Shown here in pieces: positions 26,765-39,150 of a DNA stretch of 64,000 bases (within the stretch, counting starts at the first letter, position 1; the number at the start of each line of letters is the position of its first letter). Origin of the DNA: Octopus sinensis (Eukaryota); contig NC_043001.1 of assembly GCF_006345805.1 (NCBI RefSeq), positions 27,714,001-27,778,000 of the forward strand, given 5' to 3'. A program made the position numbers and the translations under genes. The notes under the pieces are model-generated. The model did not search any database, was not told the DNA's origin, and saw nothing but the letters and a program-made list of their open reading frames with translations.

Positions 26765-27886
26765 ACTTCCGCCACATTCCAGGGAGAAAAACTAGAAATA
26801 GTTGATAGCTTCCATTACCTAGGTGACCAAGTCAGTAGCGGGGGCGGGTGTGCTGAAAGTGTAACTGCTAGAGTAAGAATAGCTTGGGCAAAGTTCAGTG
26901 AGCTGGTGACAAAAGGCCTCTCGCTCAGAGTAAAAGGCAGACTGTATGACGCATGTGTACGAACAGCCATGGTACATGGGCCGTGACTGCTGAGGATATG
27001 CGTAAGCTCGCAAGAAATGAAGCCAGTATGCTCCGATGGATGTGTAATGTCAGTGTTCATACTCGACGGCGTGTAAGTACCTTGAGAGAAAAGTTGGACC
27101 TAAGAAGCATCAGTTGTGGTGTGCAAGAGAGATGTTTGCGCTGGTATGGTCATGTGGCGAGAATGGATGAAGATAGTTGTGTGAAAAAGTGACACACCCT
27201 AGCAGTTGAGGGAACCTGTGGAAGAGATAGACCCAGGAAAACCTGGGACGAGGTGGTGAAGCACGACCTTCAAACTTTAGGTCTCACCGAAGAAATGACT
27301 AGAGACCGAGACCTTTGGAAGTATGCTGTGCGTGAGAAGACCCGGCAGGACAAGTGAGACCATAACCCGTGGCCTCTACCTGGGATGAAGCCAGTCCACT
27401 TATGCATACCTTTCCTTCTTGGGACACAAAACTCTACTTGTGACAACCTGTTGAGGCAAGTAAAAATCAAAATCAATCAACATCAATGGAAATTGTAGCT
27501 GTGATGCCAGTGCCAGTGGCACATAAGAGAACCATCTGAACGTGGCTGTTGCCAACACCGCCCCGACTGGCCTCCATGCCGGTGGCATGTAAAAAGCATT
27601 ATCCGATTGTGGCCATTGCCAGCCTCGCCTGGCCTCCGTGCCGGTGGCATGTAAAAAGCACCATCCGATCGTGGCCGCTTGCCAGTCTCGTCTGGCACCT
27701 GTGCCGGTGGCATGTAAAAAGCACCCATTACACTCATGGAGTGGTTGGCGTTAGGAAGGCCATCCAGCCGTAGAAACATTGCCAGATCAGACCGGGCCTG
27801 GTGCAGCCCTCTGCCTTCCCAGACCCCAGTTGAACCGTCCAACCCATGCTAGCATGGAAAGCAGATGCTAAACGATGAGGATGAGG
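26765..27886 (+). mobile_element. 5'-truncated RTE LINE (RT C-terminus plus 3' UTR)
   Basis: Encodes GEKLEIVDSFHYLGDQVSSGGGCAESVTARVRIAWAKF and LRWYGHVARMDED with frameshifts/stops; 3' UTR tandem units; tail cccatgctagcatggaaagcagatgctaaacgatgag. Confidence 0.93.
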
Positions 27887-28239
27887 TTATATATTAGTAT
27901 GATTTGTTAGTATATAACATAGTTTTGTTTAGTGTTTTAGGTACTTATATAGTTCAACAGACTCTCAGCTCTTCCACTCTTGCCCAGTTGGAACTTTGAG
28001 GATCTAACTGTTAGAGGAAGAGAAGGCTGCTCCAGGATAAGGCTGGTACTCAATTTTCTACTGAGTAGGCTGGAGCAACATGATATGCTGTGTCTTGCTC
28101 AAAGATACAACATGCAGCCCTGTTCCGGAATTGAACCTGTGACATGCCTTCACATTAATATATATTATTTATTGTACATATTGCAGTCAGCATTGGCACT
28201 GTCTTTCTGGTTAAATAAGTATGCTCACTGTCATACTTT

Positions 28240-29640
28240 CCACTACTCATGACAGCTTCTGCGTGTCAACAAACTAATATTGTGTACAGGAACAATACTT
28301 TCAGAGCTTGGAATTTCTTCAGTGAAGCACCATAGTAGTCTGTCTGTCTTTCTTATCCATTCTTTTCGGCCTACAGCTACACAATCTTCCCACACCTTCA
28401 CCAAACTTACATACTGTTTCATGTGTAGATGACATCATACTCACATCTCACTATTCTCCAGACACTGCTGTACAACTACTCTAAAAAATCTTACATAAGT
28501 TACCTAAAAACTTGGCTCCACAGCAACAGACTTAAAGTAGTCTCTACTAAATCCACTGTTTCATTTCTTATCAGCAATACTAAAGAACATCAAGTAAGAC
28601 CAACACTGCAGCAGTATTCATGATACACACAGAAAATACAGCAAAGAAAATAAAATGACACACAAACATATTTTGCACTAAAATATTTAGCCAATTGAGA
28701 GAAACTAGAAGTAATCCATCATTCATCATCATCATCATTTAATGTCCTCCTGCCATGCTGGCATGGGTAGCCATCCAACTTTTCCACAATATAACTGCAA
28801 CATATCTGAAAAATGGTACACTACACATTATTGTTACAGATTATGCTCAGAACTCTTACACAACAAAGAAAAATATTGGTTTCAAATTTTGGCCCAAGGC
28901 CAGCAATTTGGGGGAGGAGGAAATTGATTACATTGACTCCAGTGCTCAGCTGGTACTTATTTTATTGACTCATCAAAGAAAAATATTGAAAATAGATTTT
29001 AAAAAATGTTTGGGCATGTGAGGTCACAGTTTCTTCCACAAGCCCTGCCACTTCAAAAACAAAAGCACCTCCAAAGACTCAACAACGGTACTACAACAAC
29101 ATCCTAAAAACACTACCTCTCTCACTCAGTCCTGATAAACATAAAAACACATACAAATAGCTGCAACATTAATAGCCTCACTAGTTCCAGCCATTGTGGT
29201 TGGATGTCTTTTTCTTGGCTATATATCACCAATAATATATGCAGAAAAGCAGCAACTGTTGCATTCTGATGGAGTATATCTTACTTGCCTTGATGTGACT
29301 GTAATCAAAATCTGGCACAAACGTTAGCACGCCGGGCGAAATGTGTAGCCGTATTTCGTCTGCCATTCTGAGGTCAACTTTGCCTTTCATCCTTTCGGGG
29401 TTGATAAATTAAAGTACCAGTTACGTACTGTGGTCAATGTAATCGACTTAATCCGTTTGTCTGTCCTTGTATGTCCCTTCTGTGTTTAGCCCCTTGTGGG
29501 TAGTAAAGAAATAGGTAACCAAAATCTAAGGGTATGGAAATAGATTGGACAGTGGAAAATCTGCAACATGTCCAGACTGTGACATGTATTCCATACAGTT
29601 AAGCACTGCCTTCAAATTGTGCAGTACGGTCTTCAATTAG
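28240..29640 (+). mobile_element. Decayed LINE remnant with C-terminal Cys/His knuckle, interrupted by SINE fragments
   Basis: CVDDII (YADD-like) near 28425; GYGNRLDSGKSATCPDCD followed by HTVKH near 29530-29610. Confidence 0.55.
29314..29514 (+). mobile_element. 5'-truncated SINE family B with TSD
   Basis: Near-identical to 14616-14849; TSD gtaatcaaaatct (29301-29313) and gtaaccaaaatct (29515-29527). Confidence 0.88.
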
Positions 29641-31724
29641 GTGGAGACATGGTCTGACTGTGAAGAAGAATTTGTGTATCATGCCTTGTTGCTCAACCAA
29701 TTGTGTGTATTCTTTAGGACTGCATGAACTGAGATGACCTGAGGTTACAATTTGACAGTGATAAATAACAGATAAATCTCTCTTAAATTGCACCCTACTG
29801 TCTTAAAGGAAGGATATGGACATAACTAGTGACACATTAAATGCATGACTAGCTATATCTTTTTCATCTAGGTGTCCTTAGTTATGTATGAGCTGATTCC
29901 AGTGTAAAGTTCCCAAATCCTTCATTGTTTCTAGACATTCAGGCAGCACCAGTTATGATTGATGTAAATGTTAGTACTGAAATTTTAATTTTGGGCATTA
30001 GAGATAATGCTTACTTTTGTTTATGATTAATGAATGCTGTATGTATGTTTACTTTAGTATTGGGCTATCCATTGCTGCCCACGTTAATCACATCATAATA
30101 ATGCCAACTTTTCCATGTCTGCATGAGTCAGATGGTATCTAGTGAGGTACATATTCTATGGCTGGGTTCCCTTCCCGTTACTATCCCTCATCTATTTCCA
30201 AGTAAGGTAATATTTTACCATGGCCAGTCATATTTTTCATAGAAGACTAGAAATAAACATTATTTGTATGATGGTGATGTTTCTTTTCACATATCGAAAC
30301 AAAGGTACACACACACATACACACACATGAAGGACTTCTTTCAGTTTCTGTCTACCAAATCCATACAAAGCTTTACTCCACCTGAGGCTACAGTAGATGG
30401 CATTTCCCCAGGGTATTATACAGTGAAATTGAACCCAAGACCATATGGTTGGGAAGCAAGCTTCTCAACCATACAGCTATGCCAGGTGTGTTATTTCCCT
30501 ATCTGATATTGCTTTGTGTTGTTACTATAGTTGCTCCCGGTTGTAACTACATGCTTAGCCCATGAGAAAGTGCTATATTTGAAGGACCAAAGCAACAGTT
30601 TGTAGTGAAGTTTATGAATTTCATGTTTGTAACTGAATTTGTAAATCAATTCAATCATAGTTGACTTGGTTGTGGATTTATATATTTATAGTCCTTTATA
30701 AGAAATATTTTGTGTTTTTGTCATCTATTACTGATCTAGATTTGTTAGGCATACAGGACTTTTTTTCTTGTTTTACAAGATTTTTGATATGTTTTTCTTT
30801 TTCATTGTTAGTATGCATTTGATTCATTCACCACCATATATGGTTTCTGTACTTCCAACAGGTGCAGTATCTTATTTATTTAAGTATATTTCTTGTATTG
30901 CTCAATAGCTTGGTCTATTAGTTTGTTAGAATATGTTGATTAGTGTTTGTTTTATTCAGTATGCTTTGTTTGTGGACGAGATTCTAAATGCTCTTCTCAG
31001 TAAGGATTTTACCATTGACATTAGAGTATTTAGTAAGCCACTATGATTTTCTTTTTTAAAACTGATTGATATTTAAATATCAGTGAATAATAGTTACTCT
31101 GTAAGGTCCGTGTGTTTCGATAAAAAACAAAAATCTTATTTGATCCTACCCTTGACATTGTATACATCAAAATATCCACAAGTTAACACCATCTTCATTT
31201 TAACGTCCACTTTTCCATGCTAGCATGAGTCAGATGAAATTTGTTGAGGTGAATTTTCTATGGCCATATGTCTTTCCTGTCACCAACCCTTACCTGTTTC
31301 CAAATAAGGTAATATTTCCCCATGACCAGACATGTTTTCATGGAAGAGTGCAAATTAGGGACATTGCTTGCATAAGGGTGACACTTGCTTACAATTAACA
31401 CATGATAACACACCTACCACACATTTTATGTGTGAGTGTGCACACGATATATCCTTGTTGAATCTCTTTCCCACAAAATATTCTCCTAAATATTCTCTAT
31501 TTAACCCGTCCTCTCTCTACTTGTGCCCACTCACTACATTCACTTTCTCCAATCTCTGATCCACTTCACTATGCATGCCTCCCAGTAACTTGGGTGTATG
31601 GGCCCTGCCTCCTCCTTGTCACATCTTTACCATCTTCTCTCTCTGCTCTCTCCACCTGAGGCAGTTAAGTTTCTCCTCTAATGCAAGACACCTATTCTGT
31701 TCTTCAATACTTCTCCTACCCTCC

Positions 31725-32150
31725 ATCATCATCATCAGTTAAGTCCATTTTTCATGCTGGCATAGGTTGGACTGTTTGACAGGAGCCGGCTAGCTGGAGG
31801 GCTGCACCAGGCTCATATCATAATTTTTTTTGGTATGGTTTCTACAGCAGGATGTCCTTCCTAATGCCCGCCACTTTATTGAGGGTACTGGTTCTTTTTA
31901 TATGACAGCAGCAGGAGTGCTTTTTACCTGGCAGTGGTACGAGTGTTTCTTACGTGACACCAACATGGGTACTTTTTACGTGGTGCCAACATTGGTGCTT
32001 TTTTATGTGATGCCAACATTGGTGCTTTTTACGTTCTGCAACACAGGTGTTTTTACATGGTACCAACACAAGTGCCTTTTATGTGGTGCCAACATGGGTC
32101 CTTTTTACATGGTACCAGTGCCCACAGTGTTGCCAAGTGGATTGCAAGAC
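31725..32150 (-). mobile_element. RTE-tail-derived element with an expanded ~23-bp tandem array
   Basis: (GAT)n tail at 31725, then repeated ggtgctttttaygtggtgccaaca-like units at about 31870-32125. Confidence 0.75.
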
Positions 32151-32362
32151 AAGGGCATCTCTGCTGAGAGAAGGAGAGAAACTGGGAGAAGTGGTCGTGT
32201 GCCAAGTAAAACATTGGAGTATGGTACAGGGTCAGGGAAACTTAACCAGAGTATCACTAGAGACGTAACCAAATGATATTCAAATTACTTAATATCAATC
32301 TTGTTATCTAAAGAGTTAATCTGATTCTTTGCTGTAATGGTAATTCTTTTTTTTTATCTCTC

Positions 32363-32771
32363 TTCTTTTACTCTTTTACTTGTTTCAGTCATTTGACTGT
32401 GGTCATGCTGCTGGAGCACCGCCTTTAGTCAAGCAAATCGACCCCAGGACTTATTTTTTGTAAGCCTAGTACTTATTCTATTGGTCTCTTTTGCCAAACC
32501 GCTAAGTTATGGGGATGTAAACACACTAGCATCGGTTGTCAAGTGATGTTGGGGTGACAAACACAGACACAGAAGCATATATATATATATATATATACAC
32601 ATATATACGATGGGCTTCTTTCAGTTTCCGTCTACCAAATCCACTCACAAGGCTTTGGTTGGCCTGAGGCTATAGTAGAAGACACTTGCCTAAGGTGCCA
32701 CGCAGTGGGACTGAACCTGGAACCATGTGGTTGGTAAGCAAGCTACTTACCATACAGCCACTCCTACGCCT
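32363..32771 (-). mobile_element. Full-length SINE family A (young)
   Basis: Highly similar to 61443-61834 along its length. Confidence 0.93.
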
Positions 32772-33658
32772 ATGTGAAATCGTTCAGAACAATGTAGTGT
32801 GGAATTTGTTTGTTGGGTTGTCTTCTCTATTGTATGTTTATAGACGCTATTTTCCTATGACAAGCTGGATTAGCAAATTTGTATCATTCATTCAGAGGAA
32901 TCTGTCTACCTTACAGTGAACATCGGAATTGTCTGCTAATCATAATCACTGTATTTTTACCATCAACTGTTTTTTTTTCTCTCCTTTTTCTCTTTGCCTT
33001 CACTGAACCACTTTTATTAACTCACATACCTGTGTTGAATTATGAGCTCTACTCCGAAATTTATTGCTGTAGTACGACTAAAAAGAAAAAGACAATACCA
33101 AAAAGAAATGTTCTTGTTTTCTTCTGAAATTAAGCTACACCAAACATGCTCTAGTACTTTGAAGATGACTTTAGGAAGTGAACATGCTGTAAGCTATAAA
33201 CCACAACATTGTAACCAAGTTGGGTAGGTGTCAGCATGTAGGATCATCACATGGTTTTTCTCTTTTTACAGGTTTTGAATTATGACCTTGATCAAGGAAT
33301 TTAACTCTATTTCTGTTACTCTCCTAACTAGGAATAAAGTTATAAAACAACTTAATGATGGCATGCAACATGTTCTTAGAATTTATTGATAAATGAATCA
33401 AGTGAAGTTGAATGTCAATTACATTGAGAATATCTGTGATGAAGGATCATTAGGAGGTTTATTTTCTCTGAATCTAGTCCTGTTTTATCCAGTTTGTTTT
33501 ATTAAATAGTGTTATTCCCTCCCTCTTCATATATATCTCTTGTTTTGGCTCTAAATACATGTCATTAATGTAAGGACATTATAATTGTGCTTTTTTTAAT
33601 ACATTATGTAATAGAGAATTTAAATTGTAGTGTCTATAAGAGGACGCATAGAACAGGA

Positions 33659-33975
33659 TTCATCATCATCATCATCATCATCGTCGTTTAGCGTCCGTTT
33701 TCCATGCTAGCATGGGTTGGACGGTTCTACTGGGGTCTGTGAAGCCAGAAGGCTTCATCAGGCCCAGTCAAATCTGGCAGTGTTTCTACGGCTGGATGCC
33801 CTTCCTAACGCCAACTACTCCGTGAGTGTAGTGGGTGCTTTTTACGTGCCACCCGCACAGGTGCCAGACAGAGCTGGCAAACGGCCACGAACGGATGGTG
33901 CTTTTTATGTGCCACCGGCACAAGGGCCAGGCGAGGCTGGCAACGGACACGAAACGGGGCGGTGCTGGCAACGGT
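33659..33975 (-). mobile_element. RTE 3' UTR fragment
   Basis: Close reverse complement of 27600-27886; (GAT)n tail at 33659-33685. Confidence 0.9.
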
Positions 33976-34035
33976 TGCGAAACGGAAGAGAAACTGTAGG
34001 AATGTCACCATTTGTTAAACATAATTTAACTATTA

Positions 34036-34202
34036 CTCTTCTATATTAAGTCACATGATTATACGATAACTAAAAAATATATCATCGATATTATATAACT
34101 CGTAAATGATGAAGTATTATGCTAACTTTTTACTGCTGCTCACCTTTGCATCTAATTCCGCTAGAACAACATTTTTTTGCATAAACCTGAATAAGACTGT
34201 TT
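34036..34202. repeat. Copy 1 of a ~168-bp local direct duplication
   Basis: About 10 differences (counted by eye) from 36573-36740; not similar to other repeats in the window. Confidence 0.92.
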
Positions 34203-34654
34203 TGATGTAGGATACATATGCCTAGTGTCATGATGCAACCAACACTCTGCCTTTCATACTTCAGTTTCACCATTAAAGACTGGGTTTTTCATTGTAGTTT
34301 ATTCATGCATAAGCAAAATAGAAACTACCTATGTCAACCAAGACTGAAATCAAGACCTGTATTACCTTTGTTCTCAGTATATTTCTGTATACGTGGAACC
34401 TGAAGTTACATGCTTCAGACCAAAAACACTAGCTTGGTACTTTCCAGTACCTTTGTCTGAATGCAATTCTTAAGTTTCCGTAGGATGAACTGCATTGCAG
34501 ATATGCTCATCATCAAGATTTAGGATACTGAAAATATATGTATATATCACCATCATTTAACATCCATTTTTCATGTTGGGATTGGTTGGCTGGCTTGACA
34601 GGATCTGATGAGCTGCAGGGCTGTCTTGGGATGGGATATATATATATATATATA

Positions 34655-34830
34655 CTTTATTTAAAAGCAGTTTCACGTTCGTAGGACAGTTTTGTTAAAA
34701 TGGGAATGTGAAACTCTGAGTAACAGCTTTTGTTATATTTCTGCTGCTTTTAAATAAAGCATATTACTCTACCGCTGGTATTTGAGTACTCTTTTTCCCA
34801 CCTTGTTTCACATTTATGTGCTTACTCCGG
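34655..34830. mobile_element. Small (TA)n-embedded element with internal inverted repeats, possibly a Penelope-like terminus
   Basis: Perfect 16-bp IR ctttatttaaaagcag (34655-34670) and ctgcttttaaataaag (34744-34759); (TA)n on both sides. Class assignment is inference. Confidence 0.55.
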
Positions 34831-36572
34831 TATATATATATATATATATATATATATAGCTGACATTGGAACCTGCTGCAGCCATATGGTTTGGCAGATC
34901 CTGTGCGGATCTCTGTCTCTCTATATATATAATGTGTGTATGTGTTAGTATCTGACATTGAAGTCCAATTCAACCCTGCAGCTCATCATATCTTGTCAAA
35001 CAGTCTAACCCATGCCATTATGGAAAATAAATATCAAATTATACATTTCATGAGTATGTATATATCTGAGGGGCATTGAGTTGATTAAATGAAGCCCACA
35101 GGTCATCAGTTCATATTTCACTGTAAGCATTTTGATTATCTTAGTCAAAGGAACATTTTTTGTTTTAGTTTAGTTGGAAAATAAATGCCAGGTTACTAGA
35201 GAAATTAATTTGAAATAGATTAATATCATATTCAAATGGATTTATTAATCAACTATTTATTGCAATAAAAACTGAGGATTAGTACTAGCTTATGAATCTC
35301 TATATCATATCCATTTAATTTGTCTGAATTTTCACTTGATGTGCATTCAATATATTTGCATTGCTATGAGATGTACTGCAACAGTTTTAATGTTATCAGA
35401 AAGGTGTTTCATAATTAGTATTTTATTAAACAATTCATATGTATTTTTGTACCCAATGTTATATCTGACTTTTATCTCTAAATACAGTGTCTGTTACAAA
35501 GAATTTTATGAATTTGATATGATTCAAACAAGGCAGCAAAGAATTAGATGTACTATGTTTACAGGAAAGAAAACCCACAAACATGTTAAATATGATGATG
35601 AACATACTGTGAACACATGGCATGGATTATTATTACATGTGGTTACAGAAAAATAAAGGTAGATTAGAGAAAACTTGAAAATAAGTAATTAAAACTGATC
35701 TAAAATAAATATAGGGGATGAATGTGGAAGACAGAAGGAATTTATATATGTTAAATTCATCTTGACATGGGACAAGGAATGATGGAAATATCTCAAATTA
35801 GGGTAATTCTAAACTGGAATTTTTAGTCAGTTCATTCATATATTGCCAATAATTACATATAAATCAAATTGTTGTAGATGTGTTCTATTTTTTAGGTTAT
35901 GTGGAAATTTATGTTCAGATGACCTTTTTCTTCTGTGCTTTTTAGTCTTTTACCTTCTACTTAATTGTTACAATGGAGTCTTAAATTTGATGTTCTAAAA
36001 GAGGTAAGTTGAAGAATGAAGATTTTTATGAATATTTTCTTTTATTTTTTAAAAAATCTATTGTATTATAAATTTATTAATATAGTTACAAGAAAAATGT
36101 CACAAAACTGCTTATTAGCAGCCGTTAAGAAAAAACACAAATGTAGCTATCATTAAACATTATGACAAGTAAATTTAGCAAAAAGACAAGTATATACTAG
36201 AAAATATCTAATACTCGCAAAGGAGAGATCTGTTGAATTTTATCAACTATTTTGTCTCAAAATTTCTGACTGAACCATAAAATGTTTAATATCATTTCCA
36301 TGTCAACAAATGCTGCATTTGTTGTGACATGAAGTTAAACGGTAGAATGATGTATCTATAGATTTTATTATATTAAGAAGTATAGAATATTTTAGAATTT
36401 CTAACACATTATATATGCATTAGCTTCAGTTAATAGTGAGTAATTGGTAGCTTTATAATAATGTAAAAGTAATATTTTTTCCCTTACCAGATATTTACCT
36501 TCCGTAATGGTTCTGAAAACTCTGTTAACCAAAATTTGTTCAAGGTTTTTTTTTCTGAATTTAGTTGAACAT

Positions 36573-36740
36573 CTCTTGTATATTAAGTAACATGATTATA
36601 CGATAACTAAAAAAATATATCATCGATATTATATAACTTGTAAATGATGACGTATTATGCTAACTTTTTCCTGCTGCTCACCTTTGCTTCTACTTCCGCT
36701 AGAACAATATTGTTTTGCATAAACCTGAATAAGACTGTTT
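36573..36740. repeat. Copy 2 of the ~168-bp local direct duplication
   Basis: See 34036-34202. Confidence 0.92.
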
Positions 36741-38776
36741 GTGACATTCATGTTCAAGCAGACCTATGGCACAAATGTAACCAACTGAATGTTGAGAGGT
36801 GACCAGAGGTGTTAATTCATTACAGTAGTTTTTTTTTTCTTCTCTGTATTGCATTTCGGAGCACATTTATTTTCAAAGTGTCTTGCATTTAATTCATTGT
36901 TTCACTTTTGTGTGCCCAACATAGTGAGATCAGGTGAGGTGTGTAACTGTTATCCTTCAGAAAGTATTATCTGTCGTTGGGTAACTTTTAGCCTTAGCAA
37001 ACTTATTGAATAGTAGTAAATCTGCAATAAACAATTAATAGATAATGGGTTCATCACTGTTGTATCTGTTCTTTTTTTCTGTAATTGGTTATTTCTTGCA
37101 TGGCAATTTTTCACTTGTTCTGACCGTTTGTTATCTCCTTTGTGAGGTTCAGCCTCCTGACATTAGCTTTCACTATTTCTTCCCATGTCTTTCTCAGTCT
37201 TCCTTCCATTTGGATTACTTTCTATCATGCTCCATAAACATATGTCTGTACAATTGCAGCCAGTGTTGACTCTTTGATGATTTGTGTTTGTGGAAGATAG
37301 AAAAAGTAAAAGTTAGCTGTGTAGGCATTTAAGTTTGGCAGTTATGTAGTCCAGGCTGTCATTTTATTAGTAAGTCAGTGTACCAATGTGTTGGTCAAAC
37401 CACTTTGTGACATGTATTGGACATGCTTTTCAAGCAATGCAGATTTGATAGATTTGGTTCCAGCAATTGAAATAAGAGTCTGGTTGAATCTGGTTGGTAA
37501 AGTCTTTTGTATTTGTAGTAAATATAAACTAGATTTTGTTGGTACATTCAATTGACTTGCTCTGATCAAACATGTCCATTATACAGATGTAGTTGGTTGA
37601 AGGAGAATGGGTCAATCTGAAGACTCAATTTGTGCAGTATAGTCAAATTATAATGTCCTACGAATACTTTTTTCATATTTCGCTATCAACTTTTGTAGGA
37701 TTAGAGATTGGTTGTCAGTTATTCTAATTACCAATACCAAACCACTATAGTGCTTGCATTTTATTACACTATTAAGACTGTCTAACTGATTATTTACTGG
37801 ATATAATATGCTGTCTTAGAACTATGCTTTTTAGAACATGTATCACTAATATTTACTTGATTGCTTTAACCTCAAAGAATTTGAAAAAGTAGTTTGCTAT
37901 AATGTTGATAGATTTTTGCTTTTGCCGACTGATAAATTGAATGCTGTATTATTTTTTTTTCTATGTTTTCATATTAAAAAAGTTCACTTGGTAGCATATT
38001 TGATTGTGATTTAAAAAAAAAAACTTGTCATATGAAAGGAATCATATATGAATTTTTTGTAGCTCTATGCACCATGGATTTGCTTGATCAGGGTTGACCT
38101 GGGCTAAACGACATCTCTAAATACATACATGTAGTCTGGTTTAATGAAAGAAGCATTACACAATTTCACTTGCTAAAATTAGCAGTTGATTCAAACTGAA
38201 TCTTAGCTAACCTCAGGAAATCCCAGGACATAATGGACAATGTAGTTCCCAGTACATTATGCTTTAAAAACAATGACAGAATGACCTTGGCTGGGAATTT
38301 AGTACAATTGAGTAGGTCAACACTAAAAAGAAGAAAAATCAAATAAGGAAAAATACTCTAAATAAAAGACTTGGACATACATGAGGCATTGTTTATTGAA
38401 ACAATGTCAGCTCTCGTCTTTATGGTTACAGATATAATCATCCCCAAAACACTTAGCCATGCTACAAAACCCCAGAACACTACAACAGTATCCTTTAGAC
38501 ACTATTCTTCTCACTCTGTCAAGACAAACATAGCATACTGTGCACATGCGCACACAACTTCAAATCTGTAACCTTACTCACTTTAATCACTGTGTTAGGA
38601 TATCCACCAACAATAATTGTTTCTAATATAGACAAATGACCTGGAATCTGGGGGTAGGAGTTAGTTGATTAAATCAACTCCAGTACTTGGCCGGTACTTT
38701 ATTTTATTATTTAAAATAATTTATTGACTGGGGAGATGAAAGGTAAAGTTAATCTTTGCAGGATCTAAACTCAGAA

Positions 38777-38966
38777 GGTGGCAAACTCGCACCTTCTGCT
38801 TAGCGGTATTTCGTCTGTCTTTACTTTCTGAGTTCAAATTCTGCTGAGGTTGACTTTGCCTTTCATCCTTTCAGGGTTGATAAATTAAGTACCATTTGCA
38901 CACTGGGGTTGATCTAATTGACTGGACCCCTCTCCCCAAATTTCAGGCCTTGTGTTTATAGTAGAA
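38777..38966 (+). mobile_element. Family B-like SINE nested in an older opposite-strand copy (about 38650-39050)
   Basis: TSD aggatctaaactcagaa (38760-38776) and aggatttaaactcagaa (38967-38983); core gcctttcatcctttcagggttgataaattaagtacc. Confidence 0.85.
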
Positions 38967-39115
38967 AGGATTTAAACTCAGAACGTAAAGGACCAGAAGA
39001 AATACTGCAAGGCATTTTGTCTGATGCTTTGACAATTCTCCGTTCACCAGAGGACATTGACCGTCATAATCTGTGTCGTCTATCTCAGCTATAGCCATTT
39101 CGAAACTTACTGTCG

Positions 39116-39150
<35 letters not shown>

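Noticed and set aside
27505-27725. Repeat-spacer pattern superficially like a CRISPR array
   Set aside because: Eukaryotic context, spacers resemble each other, no cas genes, and it lies in an RTE 3' UTR.
34105-34190. C/D snoRNA-like boxes (ATGATGA...CTGA) in both copies of the duplication
   Set aside because: No terminal stem, no clear C'/D' boxes and no recognisable rRNA or snRNA guide; the duplication extends well beyond the boxes. A snoscan/Infernal search would settle it.
34655-34830. Possible Penelope hammerhead ribozyme
   Set aside because: GAAAC and stems are present, but there is no CUGANGA core in the right position on either strand.
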